Numbered from the stretch's first letter, positions 47,135 to 59,977 are shown. The stretch: DNA of 64,000 nucleotides from Azolla caroliniana (GCA_043228905.1 JBHGNT010000004.1:12896001-12960000), one strand, 5' to 3'. Program-made: numbers and translations. Notes: generated by a model not told the origin, from the sequence alone.

Positions 47135-50100
47135 TCATGACACTATCCCCCCTTTAAAACTACGAGTGTAACGAGTCGTTTTGGATTGAGGACCCGGTTT
47201 GTCTGGATATTGACGATGGAAGTCTTCAAGAAGAGCACGAGCATTGGTGACATTCTCTATCGGTTCCCAAGTACACTCACTAGGACTATATCCTAGCCAA
47301 TCGACTAGATAGTAGAGCTTGTTGCGAACAAGCTTGGAATCAAGGATGGCGGCAACCTCGTACTCAGGTCCATCTTCAAGCTCGATCGGGGGTGGAGGCT
47401 TCGTAATACGTCCTGGGATGGTGCTCTCTTGATAGGGTTCGAGGAGAGAACTATGAAACACCGGATGTATCCGAAGTTGTGGAGGTAGATCAAGACGAAA
47501 AGCGACATCATTAATCTTTCCTATAATACGGAAAGGACCTAATCGTCGATAATCCAACTTCTCGCATGGGTGAGTGGTCTTGATGTGTCGTTGGAGTAGC
47601 CATACCCGATCTCCAATGTTAAAACTAGATGGGAGTCGATGACGATCCGCATAAACCTTGTGTGTTTGTTGAGCTTGTTGGAGGTGAGTAGATACATCCG
47701 CCTGTATCTTGCGTAACTTCTCCAAACGATCTTCTGCGCAAGGATTTGTGGACACCTCTGGGGTTTCAAGTACACACCACCGGGGGTGACATCCCGTATA
47801 AGCATAAAATGGCGTAACTTTAGTGGATGCGTGGATAGAGTTGTTATAGGCAAATTCGGCGAAGTGGAGAATATCTGCCCAGCATCCTGATGATAGCTGA
47901 GAAAGCACCGCAGATACTGCTCCCGCGTTTGATTGGTTCGTTCGGCTTGGCCATCGGTTTGGGGGTGGTAGCCGGAGGAGAGGTTCCAAGTGACCTTGAG
48001 CATGTTAAAAAGGTGCTTCCAGAATTTTGACACGAACTGGGGTCCACGGTCGCTGATGATACTATCGGGAAGTCCATGATGCCGACATACTTCACGCATG
48101 ACAATTTCGGCAGTGTCTTCACTGGAGATCTCCTTCGTACATGGCAAGAAATGAGCCATCTTCGTATATCGATCGACCACCGTTAGAATCGCATTGAACC
48201 CCTTAGAGACTGGAAGATCTATGATGAAGTCTAGAGCAATGGATTGCCACGGCTTGCTTGGAATTGGTAATGGTTCTAATAAACCATATGGATGATGCCT
48301 TGGCATTTTCACTCTGCAGCATGTATCACAAGTCCGAACAAAATCCTCGACAAATTGTCGCATACAGGGCCACCAGAATGATCGTTGTACTAAATGTAAT
48401 GTTTTAGTACTACCAAAATGCCCAGCTGTATATGTGTCATGACAGTTTTGTACTACTTGAAGACGGCAAGAACCATTAGGAACATACAAAAGTTCTTTAA
48501 AGAATAGTAATCCATCATGGTATTTGAATTGCCGATAGTCCGTACCTGGTGGTTGCGACTATGAACACGACGCGCGAGAGGGATCAATTTGTGCTAGTAT
48601 AGCTTGGGCAAACACATCTGTCTTCAAGTCTTCGCGTATGGTATCGATAACGCGGGAATCCATGGGCATGTCAAAGATCTGTGTTGCTTGTAGTCGTGCC
48701 GGTCCCAAGATGACTTGTTTTTGGTTATCGAAAGTTGGCTCGCCAGGACGGGGTGCTAGATACGAACGTCGTGATAATGCATCTGCCTTCCCTTGGTGCT
48801 TCCCCGGACGATATGTAATTTTGAAGTCAAAACGCGTGAGGAAGTGGGCCCACCGAGCTTGACGTCGATTCAACACACGAGCATCCTGAAAGTAGGCAAG
48901 GTTCTTGTGGTCACTAAATACAGTGACCGGATGAGAGGATCCCTCCAAAAAATGCCTCCATTGCATAAAAGAATCCACTATTGCCAATAGCTCCTTATCA
49001 TGAATTTCATAGTTGATTTCGGCGGCGTCAAACTTGCGTGAGTGAAAAGCCACAGGATGTAGCTTCTCATCATTCCCCTGTTGTGACAGAATGCTCCCCA
49101 ATGCAAAATCTGATGCGTCAGCTTCGATAATGAATGGTTTTTCCGGATCAACATGAGCTAGAATTGGAGCCGATGTAAATGCCTTTTTAAGACTCTCGAA
49201 AGACATGTCCGTTTCTTCAGACCAGAGGAACGGTTGTCCCTTCCTGGTAAGTTGTGTGAGAGGTAGAACGATCTTTGAGTAATCTTGTATGAACTTCCGG
49301 TAAAAATTGGCAAAGCCTAGGAAGCATTGCACATCCCGCACCGAACGCGGAGTCTGCCATTCTACCACCGTTTTGACCTTAGTTGGGTCCATGGAGATGC
49401 CTTCTGACGAAATGATGTACCCGAGAAATTCCACTTGGTTGCACTTGAAACTACATTTTTCCAGCTTTGCATACAGACCATGTTCTCGAAGTCGTTTTAG
49501 TACTAATAGTACATGAGAATCATGTTCTTCTTGGGTCTTTGAATAAACCAGTAGATCATCCAAATAGATGATCAAACAATCATCCAATAGATATCGGAAT
49601 ATATCATTAGCCATGTGTTGGAAGACTGTCGGTGCATTAGTGAGGCAGAACGGCATGACCGTATACTCGAAGTGCCCATATCTGGTGCGAAATGCGGTCT
49701 TCCATTCGTTTCTTGGTCGGATCCGTACGAGGTTATATGCTCCCCGTAAGTCGATCTTCGTGAAGAACCTAGCACCATTGATCCGTTCTAAAAGACTTGA
49801 GATAAGAGGAAGAGCATACCTATTCCTGATTGTAACCTTATTCAAGCCACGGTAATCTACAACGAGACGAAGCGATCCATCCTTTTTCTTGACGAAGAAA
49901 ATGGGCGCGCCAGCTGGAGATTTCGAATGCCGAATGAAACCATTTTCCAAATTCTCCTCTATATAGGCCCGAAGGACTTCCAGCTCGGTTGGTGACAAAT
50001 TGTAGATCGGTCCCCGTGGCGGCTCTTTTCCCGGTTGTAAATCGATGGGGCAATCGTACGGCCGATGATGAGGAAGTGTGTTGGCTTGTACTTTATCGAA

Positions 50101-50730
50101 CACATCGACGTAATGACGATACTTCTCAGGAAGTTGAACGGTGGATTATTCTTTAGTGGTGCTGGAGGGGTTTACTGATATCGCAAACAGGAACATTTCT
50201 TCCTTGCGCCCTTCTTTACGCAATTGACATAGCGAAATGGTTGCCATCTTCTGAGTTGACCCTTGGGTTTGTCGACACTGGATTTCTCTTGTTCTCCAAT
50301 CTATGTCTGGGTTATGGAACTCGAACCTCGGTAATCCTAAAACTATGGGATGTTCTGGGATACTAATAATATTAAATGATACTACACATGCTAAGTTATC
50401 TAGGAAAATATTAATGGGCTCTGACTCTTCTATGATATTTCCGGAAGTAATGGGACGTCCATCAATGACTACTACAGAGGCTGGACACTGGAGTTTTCTT
50501 AGGGATATCTTATGAGCTTGAGCAAATTTCCTATCCATAAAGCAAGAGTTAGCTCCGGAATCTAGGAGTGCTAGGACATGTACTGGAGGGGTACTTTTAG
50601 TACTAACTATTACTTGGGCTACGAACACATCACTAACTTGCTTAGAGGGAATGGAACCACTAATGGGCTGCATAGATCTAGGGCTGTCCAACCAAACGGC
50701 TCCTATTTTGGCTGGACTTAGTCGTTTAAC
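47135..50730 (-). pseudogene. Element G pol: PR, RT, RNase H, integrase, chromodomain
   Basis: LLDSGA, IDLRGAY, YLDD, EADASD, HPQTDGQAER, GPF, and chromodomain EYEVAAILD...YLVDWLGY...TWEP. Premature stops at 50146 and 48559 and one frameshift in the integrase. Confidence 0.93.
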
Positions 50731-51818
50731 TCTTCTTCTAACTGACTAAGGACATCAAATCTGTTCGCTAGATCTGGGCTATTAGTACTATTAGGATTAT
50801 CAGATATCCCTACTGAAATAGGCTCGGGTTTAGTACAATTAGAACTAGCGACTATTTGGTTTACCTGTCTTCTTGGCCTATGGGGGCAATTTATTGCAAT
50901 ATGTCCTGGTCCACCGCAGTAAAGACATAGTCGATTTGTACGGCGTCGCTGCTTTTCTTCTTCGGATAATGGCCCTCGACGACGTGTAGTGTCAATCTCC
51001 ATTGGAGTCGGAGTATTCGCTGGAGGCGCATTATATGACTCCCTCGGAAAAGGTCTTGATACCACTGAGGCGTAGGTGGGCTCTGATCTTGCCCTCGGCA
51101 TTTGTAGTTATCGTTCCGAACGTCGCTCAAAGAGGCGGTTGTCACATCTCACCGCGTGACTGATTGCTTCTGTTAAGGACTTTGGCTCTTCGGGGAAGGT
51201 CAAGAGTAAATCCTTGACGTTGTTGCGTAAACCATAACGGAATTGCTCCATCAACGCTTGATCATCCCAAGGGATATCGGCGGCGAGTAGGCGAAAATCT
51301 GCAGCGTATGTAGAGGCTGGACGGTCACCTTGGCGTAATCGCCGAATTTTGTTGGTTGCGGTCCTGATGCTGTCAGTATCTCCGAAACATGCTTTAAACT
51401 CACCTAGAAACTCTTCAAAATTGTTGAGTAACGGAGATTCCTTTTCTAATAGTGGAGCGAACCATGCCAACACTGAGCCACTTAACAAAGTGCCTACTAA
51501 ACCCACTCGTGATGCATCGGTGGGATATCGGGAAGGATGCATTTGAATAACTAATCGTACCTGGTTAAGGAACCCTCTAAATTGCGATCGCGTTCCATCG
51601 AACTTTGTGGGAAGGCCAATCTTGGGTTCTTTATGAATACCTTGTGTTCCGAGCCCTTGTTGTTGCATCGCTACGATGGTGGCTTCGAGTTGTTGCACGC
51701 GTAATGCAAATTCCCCATGTTGTTGTTGTGTTTGCTGCTTTTCTAAGGAGATTTGTTGAAGATCCCCCAGCAACCGTTGGTTTCTTGTTCCAAAGCATGG
51801 AACTTCTCTTTCAAGCAT
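50718..51818 (-). pseudogene. Element G gag (one premature stop at 51108)
   Basis: PTKFDG, LRQG...[26 protein letters not shown] (sushi/PEG10-like gag). Confidence 0.9.
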
Positions 51819-52044
51819 TGAAATTCCGAAAAAACAGATTGATATTCTTCGGCGCTAATAGTGGCCATGGGATGAAAGAAAAGAGGAATAAGAGATTAGT
51901 AGGAAATGAGAGAGACAGAAGGTAGGAAAATCGGTTCAAACTGTCAGGAATAGTACTAAGACAGAGAAGGAATTAGTACTAAAAGAAGTATTAGTACTAA
52001 GAGAGGTGAAGGACTCTCGAGAGAAGGAACGAGTGAGTGAGAGG

Positions 52045-52115
<71 letters not shown>

Positions 52116-55100
52116 AGAAAAGATATATATTATGTGAGGAAAATGTATAGTAGCTAGGAGGCTTAAGACTGGCGTTGAACCGATTTGGTTCGAAATAATG
52201 CCTTGTGCCTCCTTTTATAGTGTTCTAAGGAATACTCCTGAAGTTTCTAGAATGTTCCAGAGAAATCTGGAATATACATCAATTTCTATAATAAAACATA
52301 AATGAAAATAATATTCTACGTATTACAATGTATAGTCTAATGGTCAAGAGCTCGACCCATGTAGTATAAGGTCATGGGTTCGGGTCTTGCCATATCATGA
52401 CACTTGTGGTAACACATCCGGACTAATCCTATCGGTGTCTGCATTGTAGTGATATCTCAGCTCTCCACGGCTAGTTGGAATTGGTCATACCCGGAGTATA
52501 GGTCTCCGATGGAGTATATCGCGCTTCTGCAAATTCATCCACTTTCGGACCGAATCCGGAGTTTCAGATCATGACCTTGTTCACTGGTTGCAAATCTTGA
52601 ATAAACCGAAGTGACCCATTCTTCTTCGGAACCATAAACCATTGCTTTGAGTACAGAGCTTTGATGGCTCTAGAATCCCCATCGCCACCTTCTCCATGAG
52701 CAAGTCAATGATTTTCGGAATATGCATATGTGGCACTGGAATCGGCTTTAGGTTCCACAACACGTGTTCAATCGTGAAGATCACCATCAACACCACTACC
52801 TTCGGATCGACGCCCCCTATCTCTCTTGATGTGGATGAAAATGCTTTTCCATGTTGCTCCAACATCTCATGGAATCGTTCTTCTTCATTCGGCAAGAGGA
52901 AACCATCTCCACCGATCCGGAGTTTCTTTTAGGTCTCATTCGTGAAGATATGTCCGATATCCACGGACTTTCGAAGTGTTGGATCTCCCGAGACTTCTTT
53001 CCTCTTTTGTTCACTATTGGTAGGTAATGGTCTTGCAAATGGTTTCACCTTCTTTTCTACGGTTTTGTATTTCGTACACACCATTGCTTCTTCTTTGTGG
53101 AGCACATCCAATCCCATTTTCACAATGATCTCGTACATCTCGACTGATTCCACTAGAACTACCCAATCTTCTTGGCTATTCTCTTCCAGAAGCTCTTCAA
53201 GTCATTGTAGTGTGCTCCCATAGAACACTTCTTCGACTACTCCCATGATTTCTTCATCGTCTTTTATGATTGATGCAGACGGTAGCTCATCCTGCATCTT
53301 TCGGAGTTCTTTCTTCATTACCCCGGTCATGACCATGTACGTAGACGCCCCATCCGAACTGATTTGCACTTGTTTCGCTGCGAGAGTGTTCTTCTCGTGT
53401 GGGGTATCAGGGCCTCTCGGACTATCACTTCCCCACTCTGCAACAATCCACTTTAAAATCTGTTTTTGTTTGGGACAAGAGCTCTCTCTTGTTCCTTTTA
53501 TGATTCAATGGCACAATTAGGAATTGGACGGTTTTCCCTCCACTTTGGCTCCGAGTCTGTGCAAAAGCCACTCCGCTATCGCGCACCTTTGTTTCCATCC
53601 ATGAAACCGTGATAAAGGGTTGCCCGTGAATCACAAAATGTGAGACCTCATCTTGCACAAAGAAATTTTGGTCAATCTCCACATCTCCGATCTTCACCGT
53701 CACACCCGGACAAGAAGTAGATAAGCCTTCTGTTGCTTTAGTGGCTGCCCGAATCTTCCATCCATGATTGGTGTTTATAGGCCAATTCCCCTTCTGGTAG
53801 AACTCCTTGGACATGAGATTGATCTCCGATCCATGATCAATCAATGCAACTACGTGCTTTTTGATGTTTCCAATTCGGACCAGAGTCTCCGTTGTTGCTC
53901 GTGCCCAATGTGGATTTGTGTAGTGAGAGTTCGGAATCTCATCCTCTACATCCGTATCATTCATTAGAATGGTATTTGCATTCACCCTTGGAGGATTTGA
54001 TTCTGCTGTATCTTGTCTCTTTCTTTTCACGAGATCCATGAGGTCATGGAACTTTTTCTTCGCTATTCCGAGCAATTCTCGGAGGGATAATTCCACCCAA
54101 CTATCAAGGATTCTCTCTTTGAACACCTTCTTTAGGTTCGTTTGTTGTTCGATGTCTGAGGCGAGTTTGAATGCCGGAATCGACTTCCCTTTTCCTTTTG
54201 CTTCGGAATTCTAGCTCTCCGGTGTCTTCGATGGTCTGGCCTCATCATCTGCGTGTCGTCGCTTCTCATCTACATACACCTCATGTAATTGGCATAGGGC
54301 ATATACTCTATTCTTATCTACGGGGCATTCCCATCCCGTAGCTTCTCGGATGTCTTCCGCAAATGCTTTGGATCTCATCAAAGTCGGTTTTCTCGGAGAT
54401 TTCTAGCACTTCTAGCCAGAAAGACGACTTCACTCTAGATGTTTCTCCCACATGTATTCCCGTAGTTGTTGCATAATTGCTTTTTGCCGCAATATCCTAC
54501 TCTAGGACCTTCTTCATGCCGCCCTTTCGGAAGTTCGGTCGAAGTGGCTTCCACGAGTCCATCAAATGGATCCGATTTCCCTCGTAGTAGATGAGATCCC
54601 ATCGTAGAGCCTCCTTGTGCTCATCACAATCTTTCCAATCATGTTCGGTGCTATCGCACCAGATGCATCGACGGTCCATATACTTGGAACTGGTGGGACG
54701 GTCATCCGATTTCTTCACCATGGTAATCTTGAGATTTTCCATCTTCTTCACCAATTGCTCCACCATGGTCGCATCGATTCCTTTTTGGTCGTAGTCTCTT
54801 GAGGTTGTGGTTGGTGATTTTCCACTCCGGGTCTCAGTTTCGAGATTGGTTCTGAAATTCTCTTTTCTTCATTACTGAGCCATTGCTCCCTCTTTGTGTA
54901 TCGCGTGACAATGTCTCGCATGTTTTCCCATGTATTGGTGTGGCCATTCTCAGTAGTTGTATCCTCTAGAAGCACTCCAAGATCAATCTAGTCTCGGACA
55001 TCCACGGCTCGTAAGAACATGATCACTTTGTCCGGTGCGAGGATAGCTTGATCTCTCGTGGACAACCTCCCGAATCGACTTTCGAATGCCAAAAACACAT

Positions 55101-56214
55101 GGAGGACCTTCCGCCCCTTGTTTGGTATTTCCACTCAATCTTCGAATCCTCTCCGTGTTGCCTTGGAGGAGTCCTTGATAGTGAACGTGGTCCTCAATGC
55201 TTCTTCAAATGCCGTCCACGTCGGATTTTGTTGTCATATCCTGTTGATACTCCCTTGAAGCCCATAAGTAGCCACTCAATTGAAGGATGTCACTTGCAAT
55301 CCTTCTGGTATTCCTCACCGTAGCATCTCCGCTTTGTAGTCCTGCAAATAACATGACACATCCTTGCCGTTGAATTACTAGTTCCATTGCACGAGCCACT
55401 CCACTGCTGCTGCAATCTCTGACATCGCGCATTATTCTTGTAGCATCCACTCGAACATCGACATCATGTGGCTAGCCTCTTGTTGATTCTCTATCTCCTT
55501 GCCACCCGTTTTCACATTGGGTTACCAAATGTGACGTGCCTTTCGGCACCGGATCGTGCCTAAGTCAGGTGGGAACCACCGAAGTTTTGGACTAGGAGGA
55601 GGACAGTTTCAGGCTAATAAGAATATGTGTATATTATAAGAAAGAGATATCAAAACCTCGTAAATCCTACAAGTGTATTGTATTATATTATTCAACCCTT
55701 AGAATTCCAATAGTAAATTGGATTAGATTAGAAAAGATAGGTCGAAAATTGAGAAATTCTCGAATTTAGTCAACAACCACCCTTTACAATTTGCTCCCCC
55801 ATGCTTATATAGTGATGGAAGAGTCTAAGTTTACCACATGCAAGCATCATGCCTTTTCTAACTCTAGTGTACATGCACACTGCATGTCCATCCTTAACTT
55901 TTCTCATCATGTTTTTCCTCTAACTCAAGTGTTCATGCACACTACATGTGCATGGTGAGGTTTTATATCACACTTTTTCATTTAACTCGAGTGTGTATGC
56001 ATGTATAACTTTTTCTATCATGCTTATCTAGAATATTTACATGGGATAAAGTTTAGTATAACTTTATTATTTATAATGTACTAGTATAATGGTAAGGCTT
56101 GAAATTGTTAACATGGAGGTACATGTTTCAAATCCTGCCCTATTCATGTAAAATAATTATTTTAATATTTTCTCCTATTTCTTTATACTTAATCAATCGG
56201 GTACTACTACGACA

Positions 56215-56655
56215 CCGGATCCAGGGACATATCTATAAATATGTTTCTAATGTGCCTGTCATGGCTATATTTGTAAATAGTCCTAAAGTCATATAAGTAT
56301 AAATATGACTTAGGGCAATCACTTTATATGCATAGGGAGTATATGTTGTTATTATCTGTTGTACAAAGCGTAGAGAGATAGAGAGAGAGAGATACAGAAA
56401 GGATTTTTGTTGTAATCGCATGTTTGGCGAAGGCATAGAGCTCGAGGTCGTTGCCTTTGAGTCTCGCATTGTAACCTTTTCTTCTCATAGTGATAGTTGG
56501 AATCTGTAGGATCCCGTGACCTTTTCCTAATTAGGGTTTTCCACGTAAATATCATGTGTCCTCTCTATTGTCTCTGTAAGTGTATCAATCTCCATTTCTG
56601 TTTAGATATTCCATTGAGTGTTCAACTCGGTTGTGTCCGAACGTCTATTCTGCAC
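56215..56655 (+). mobile_element. Partial LTR of the C/F copia family
   Basis: Shares GGACATAT...GTAAATAGTCCTAAAGTCATAT...TATAAATATGAC and AGGGTTTTCCACGT with the F LTRs. Confidence 0.8.
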
Positions 56656-57108
56656 ATAAGGAACATAGCAGCAATTAGAGTAAGATGAAGAGACTGATAC
56701 CTTAAAAGAAGCTAAACAGAGATGACAAGACTAGGAGCACAATGAGCTAAAGACAAACCAAGAAGATCCTAAGGAAGAGCAGATGCACCACGAGCACCAC
56801 AAGGAGCCTAGGACGGAACATGATGTACAATCGAAAGATGCACAAAAAATAGGCATGGATCAGGATAAGGATTCAGAATCGATTCCGCAGGTGGAACAAT
56901 TACAACAAACAGAAAGGTAGCATGCCTCGGATGACTCTGACTAGAACGAGGATCAAGACAAGGCGGAGCCAAACTTGTTGGACATTTTGAATGAGGACGC
57001 CGACGAAGATGACCTTAAGGAGGATGACCAATACATAGACGAAGAGGAGGATCGGAATGGTGACATAAATGATTAGTTAACGATTTGCGTTCGACCATGC
57101 AAGGCACT

Positions 57109-57601
57109 GTCCCACGGGTGTGCCATATGTCAGTCGGTCGCCTAGCCAAGTATATAGGTTGACAAGCTAGCTGGACTCGTAGTTGTAGTCGTAGAGAACT
57201 AATGTGAAAGGATAGTCGAAAAATAATACTAAGGCTAACGAAAAATTAGGACAGTTAGTGTAACTATAGGATTCTTATCGAACATGCAATTGTAGAAATC
57301 TTGGAAAGACTCTCAAGACACCGATAAGAATGGGGCAAGAGAATTGTAACAACATCAATCTGTATTGCTATAAGTTAATATAATTTTGGTTAGTTAGAGT
57401 ATATTATGTGTCGTGGGCTATAGTGTTCTTCTTAATTATAATGATTATGTATGATAATTTAAGGTACATGTTTATGTTAACTATGTTTAAGAGTTCGGTC
57501 GAGCAGAGTCAACCAAATCCAATCTCCAACCACAGTCCCGTTGATAGAATGACTCGACAAGGAAGTCGTTCGACCCTTTGCGTCTGTTGACTAGGACAAC
57601 A
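57109..57601 (-). mobile_element. Possible Tat-like gypsy LTR with a tRNA-Arg-like PBS
   Basis: rc TGGCACACCCGTGGGAC resembles the TGGCACGCCCAGTGGGAC PBS. It is followed after 2 nt by a TG...CA segment at 57128-57601. Confidence 0.4.
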
Positions 57602-58224
57602 TGGACATTGTTCAACTCTTGGAAAAGTCAAACTTGAAGCTTTTGTGCTGTCATAAATGTCGCCAAGCAATACATCACTCCACTTGCCACTTGCTCCCAT
57701 GTTGGGTATTCCGCATTCGTTGGGTTGAGTTTATTTGCTTGTGCTCCTTTGATGTAGCTCATATAACCTTGTCCGACATGGACATTGTTCAACTCTTGGC
57801 AAAGTCAAAGTTGAAGCTTTTGTGCTGTCATAAATGTCACCAAGAAATACATCACTCGACTTGCCGCTTGCTCCCATGTTGGGTATTTGGCATCTGTTGT
57901 GTCGAGTTTATTTGCTTGTGCTCCTTTGATGTAGCTCCTATAACCTTGTCCGACAAGGTATTAGTGCATCTTGTATTCCCAGGATGTAAAGTTGTTTCGG
58001 TCCAACTTCTCACTAGGGAGAGGCTATCGATTTGGGTGTTCATGATGTTGATGAAGATCTCCTCCTTCTTCTTCTTCCTTAGAAATGAGTTATGTGATGA
58101 GCCGGTTCTTTTTGAACGTCGACGTAGAACACAACACACATGGATGAGCTAGATCAAACTACCAACGCGCTCTAATACCATTTAAATAATTATGTTGAGT
58201 AACTATTTAGGCGGAGTAGATTAG

Positions 58225-58279
<55 letters not shown>

Positions 58280-58600
58280 GAGAAGAGACACAAGATAGAT
58301 AGAAGATAGAAGACTCAAATGTATATTAATCAAGGAATAAGAAAATGAACTAGCAATCAACCAAGTACAAAGGAAGGAGAGAGGTGCTTTATATAAAGTC
58401 ACCCTCTCTCTACATTCTCTCACTAAAACACCCACTCTCTCTCTAGAGACTCATTAGTTATGTGTCATAGGGAATATGGAAACTCATTAGTTATGTGTCA
58501 TAAAATATGATTCTATGATACATAATTAATTTTAGAAAGTAGTGATGACAAATAATTATTTTATCACACACTAAACTTAGTTTAAGTTTGATTCTCAACA
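57600..58600 (-). mobile_element. Copia A-family 5' remnant: gag fragment with a 177-bp tandem duplication, PBS and LTR
   Basis: Duplicated units at 57600 and 57777. PBS GCTCTAATACCA at 58169-58180. LTR at 58181-58600 resembles the A LTR and ends ATTCTCAACA. Confidence 0.85.
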
Positions 58601-59489
58601 CAAAGCATAAAGGTCAACATACAGGCTAAGGGGTGTTTCTTGTCCATGTGTACTCCAAATTCAGCTCACAAAAGATAGAGTTTTGTTTTTTTAGTTTTTG
58701 TATGCAACAGATGAAAATATCTAGTATCATACATTTTGGTTCAAATAGTTTTATTTTGCAATTATAATTGGTAAACAAACAAGGACACATGCTCGTGTAA
58801 AAGGTAATGATAACTCAACTTTGTAGAGATTCTTGTGAAAACAATAGATAATTCAATGAATCTACACTCGTGCATTGTTTGAAGTAACTCTTAACACTTG
58901 GTTCTTGAGATTATCAAACTATCAGGGACTTGCATCATTGATGCATGGTGCCTAGCATAACTTCAAGATGGATGAAGGCAATATTATGCAACAATTGCAT
59001 CTAGAGACCCTCTTGGTGGATACCATTATGGCAAAACTTGATAAATAAAGTTTTCTTCACATGTAGAGTATCACACAATGGAAGGGCGATTATTTAGGCA
59101 TCTACCATCCTCTTACATATGATGCATATATGTCTGAAAAGTGTGATAGGTGAGTGGAATGCCTCTATAAATAAAAAGAAACTCTTAAATTGAACCAAAA
59201 TTGATGATGTTGTCCATGGGTTTTGTTCAATGTGCTTTGTAATATGTAGTCGTCTCATTGTTACTCTAAAATTGAATAAGAACTAAAGATTATGTTTGTG
59301 GCTTTTATTCAATGTACTTTATCACGTGCATGTTCTAAATGAGCTCTACATTGTGCATTCATATATATTTGTTGGCATTAAATGAAATGGACGCCCTCCT
59401 ATATTGTTGTTGTGAAATGGCTTTTGTTCAATGTACTTTGTGTGGTGAATCGACCGGCCACAACCGGTTTCACGTTCGTATGCGGGTGC

Positions 59490-59750
59490 AAAGAAACGAG
59501 CGAGGTAGAAACATAGACAGAAATGAGGGGAAAAAACAAAGAAAACAAAGACACTAAGTTTAACGTGGAAAACCCAAAAGGGAAAAAACCACGGGGATCC
59601 ACAAACCCCAAGAACAGATCATTATACGGAGGGGCGTACAATAAGAAACTCAAAGGCAACGACCTCAAAGATCTTCTTCATGAACAAACGGCTACGGAGT
59701 TACTCACACACTCTCACACACTCTCACACCCCGGGGACTTCACTATCAAA
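59490..59750 (-). mobile_element. Degenerate copia LTR fragment (C/D/F-like R-U5)
   Basis: ACGTGGAAAACCCAAA...GGAAAAAACCACG matches the C LTR at 10122-10153. Confidence 0.6.
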
Positions 59751-59969
59751 ACTTGTATGATAGCACATGAGTTCATCAAAAGGGGTTTTAATTAATCAAT
59801 GAGATACAGAATATATATACATAAGGGTATTAATAAAGATTTGAAAATATTTTTACATAAGGGTATTATCAATTATGCTGAAAAAAAAATTACGTAAGCC
59901 CATGAAATATTAGATATTTCAATGAGATAGTAAAGAATATATTATGCAAAGAATACTCAAATTTGAAGT

Positions 59970-59977
59970 GGCATACA

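Larger units (their letters stand above)
46702..52402 (-). mobile_element. Ty3/gypsy chromovirus G (Tcn1/Tf1-sushi-like), near intact
   Basis: LTRs at 46702-47142 and 51942-52402. TSD CTTGT. PPT rc TTTAAAGGGGGGATAG at 47143-47158. gag-PR-RT-RH-INT-chromodomain. No tRNA-type PBS. Confidence 0.96.
39260..56200 (-). mobile_element. Decayed Phygy-like gypsy element H, host of three insertions, 3' end lost
   Basis: Collinear pieces: RH/INT 39270-40280, 41266-41307, RT 46437-46701, RT-PR-gag 52408-55450. Degenerate Trp-like PBS TTCACATTGGGTTACCA at 55511-55527. LTR from about 55530; right boundary uncertain. Confidence 0.82.

Noticed and set aside
47066-47140. Functional tRNA gene in the G LTR
   Set aside because: The acceptor, anticodon and T stems do not pair properly. 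Only the A/B-box-like motifs are retained, and these are reported as a finding.
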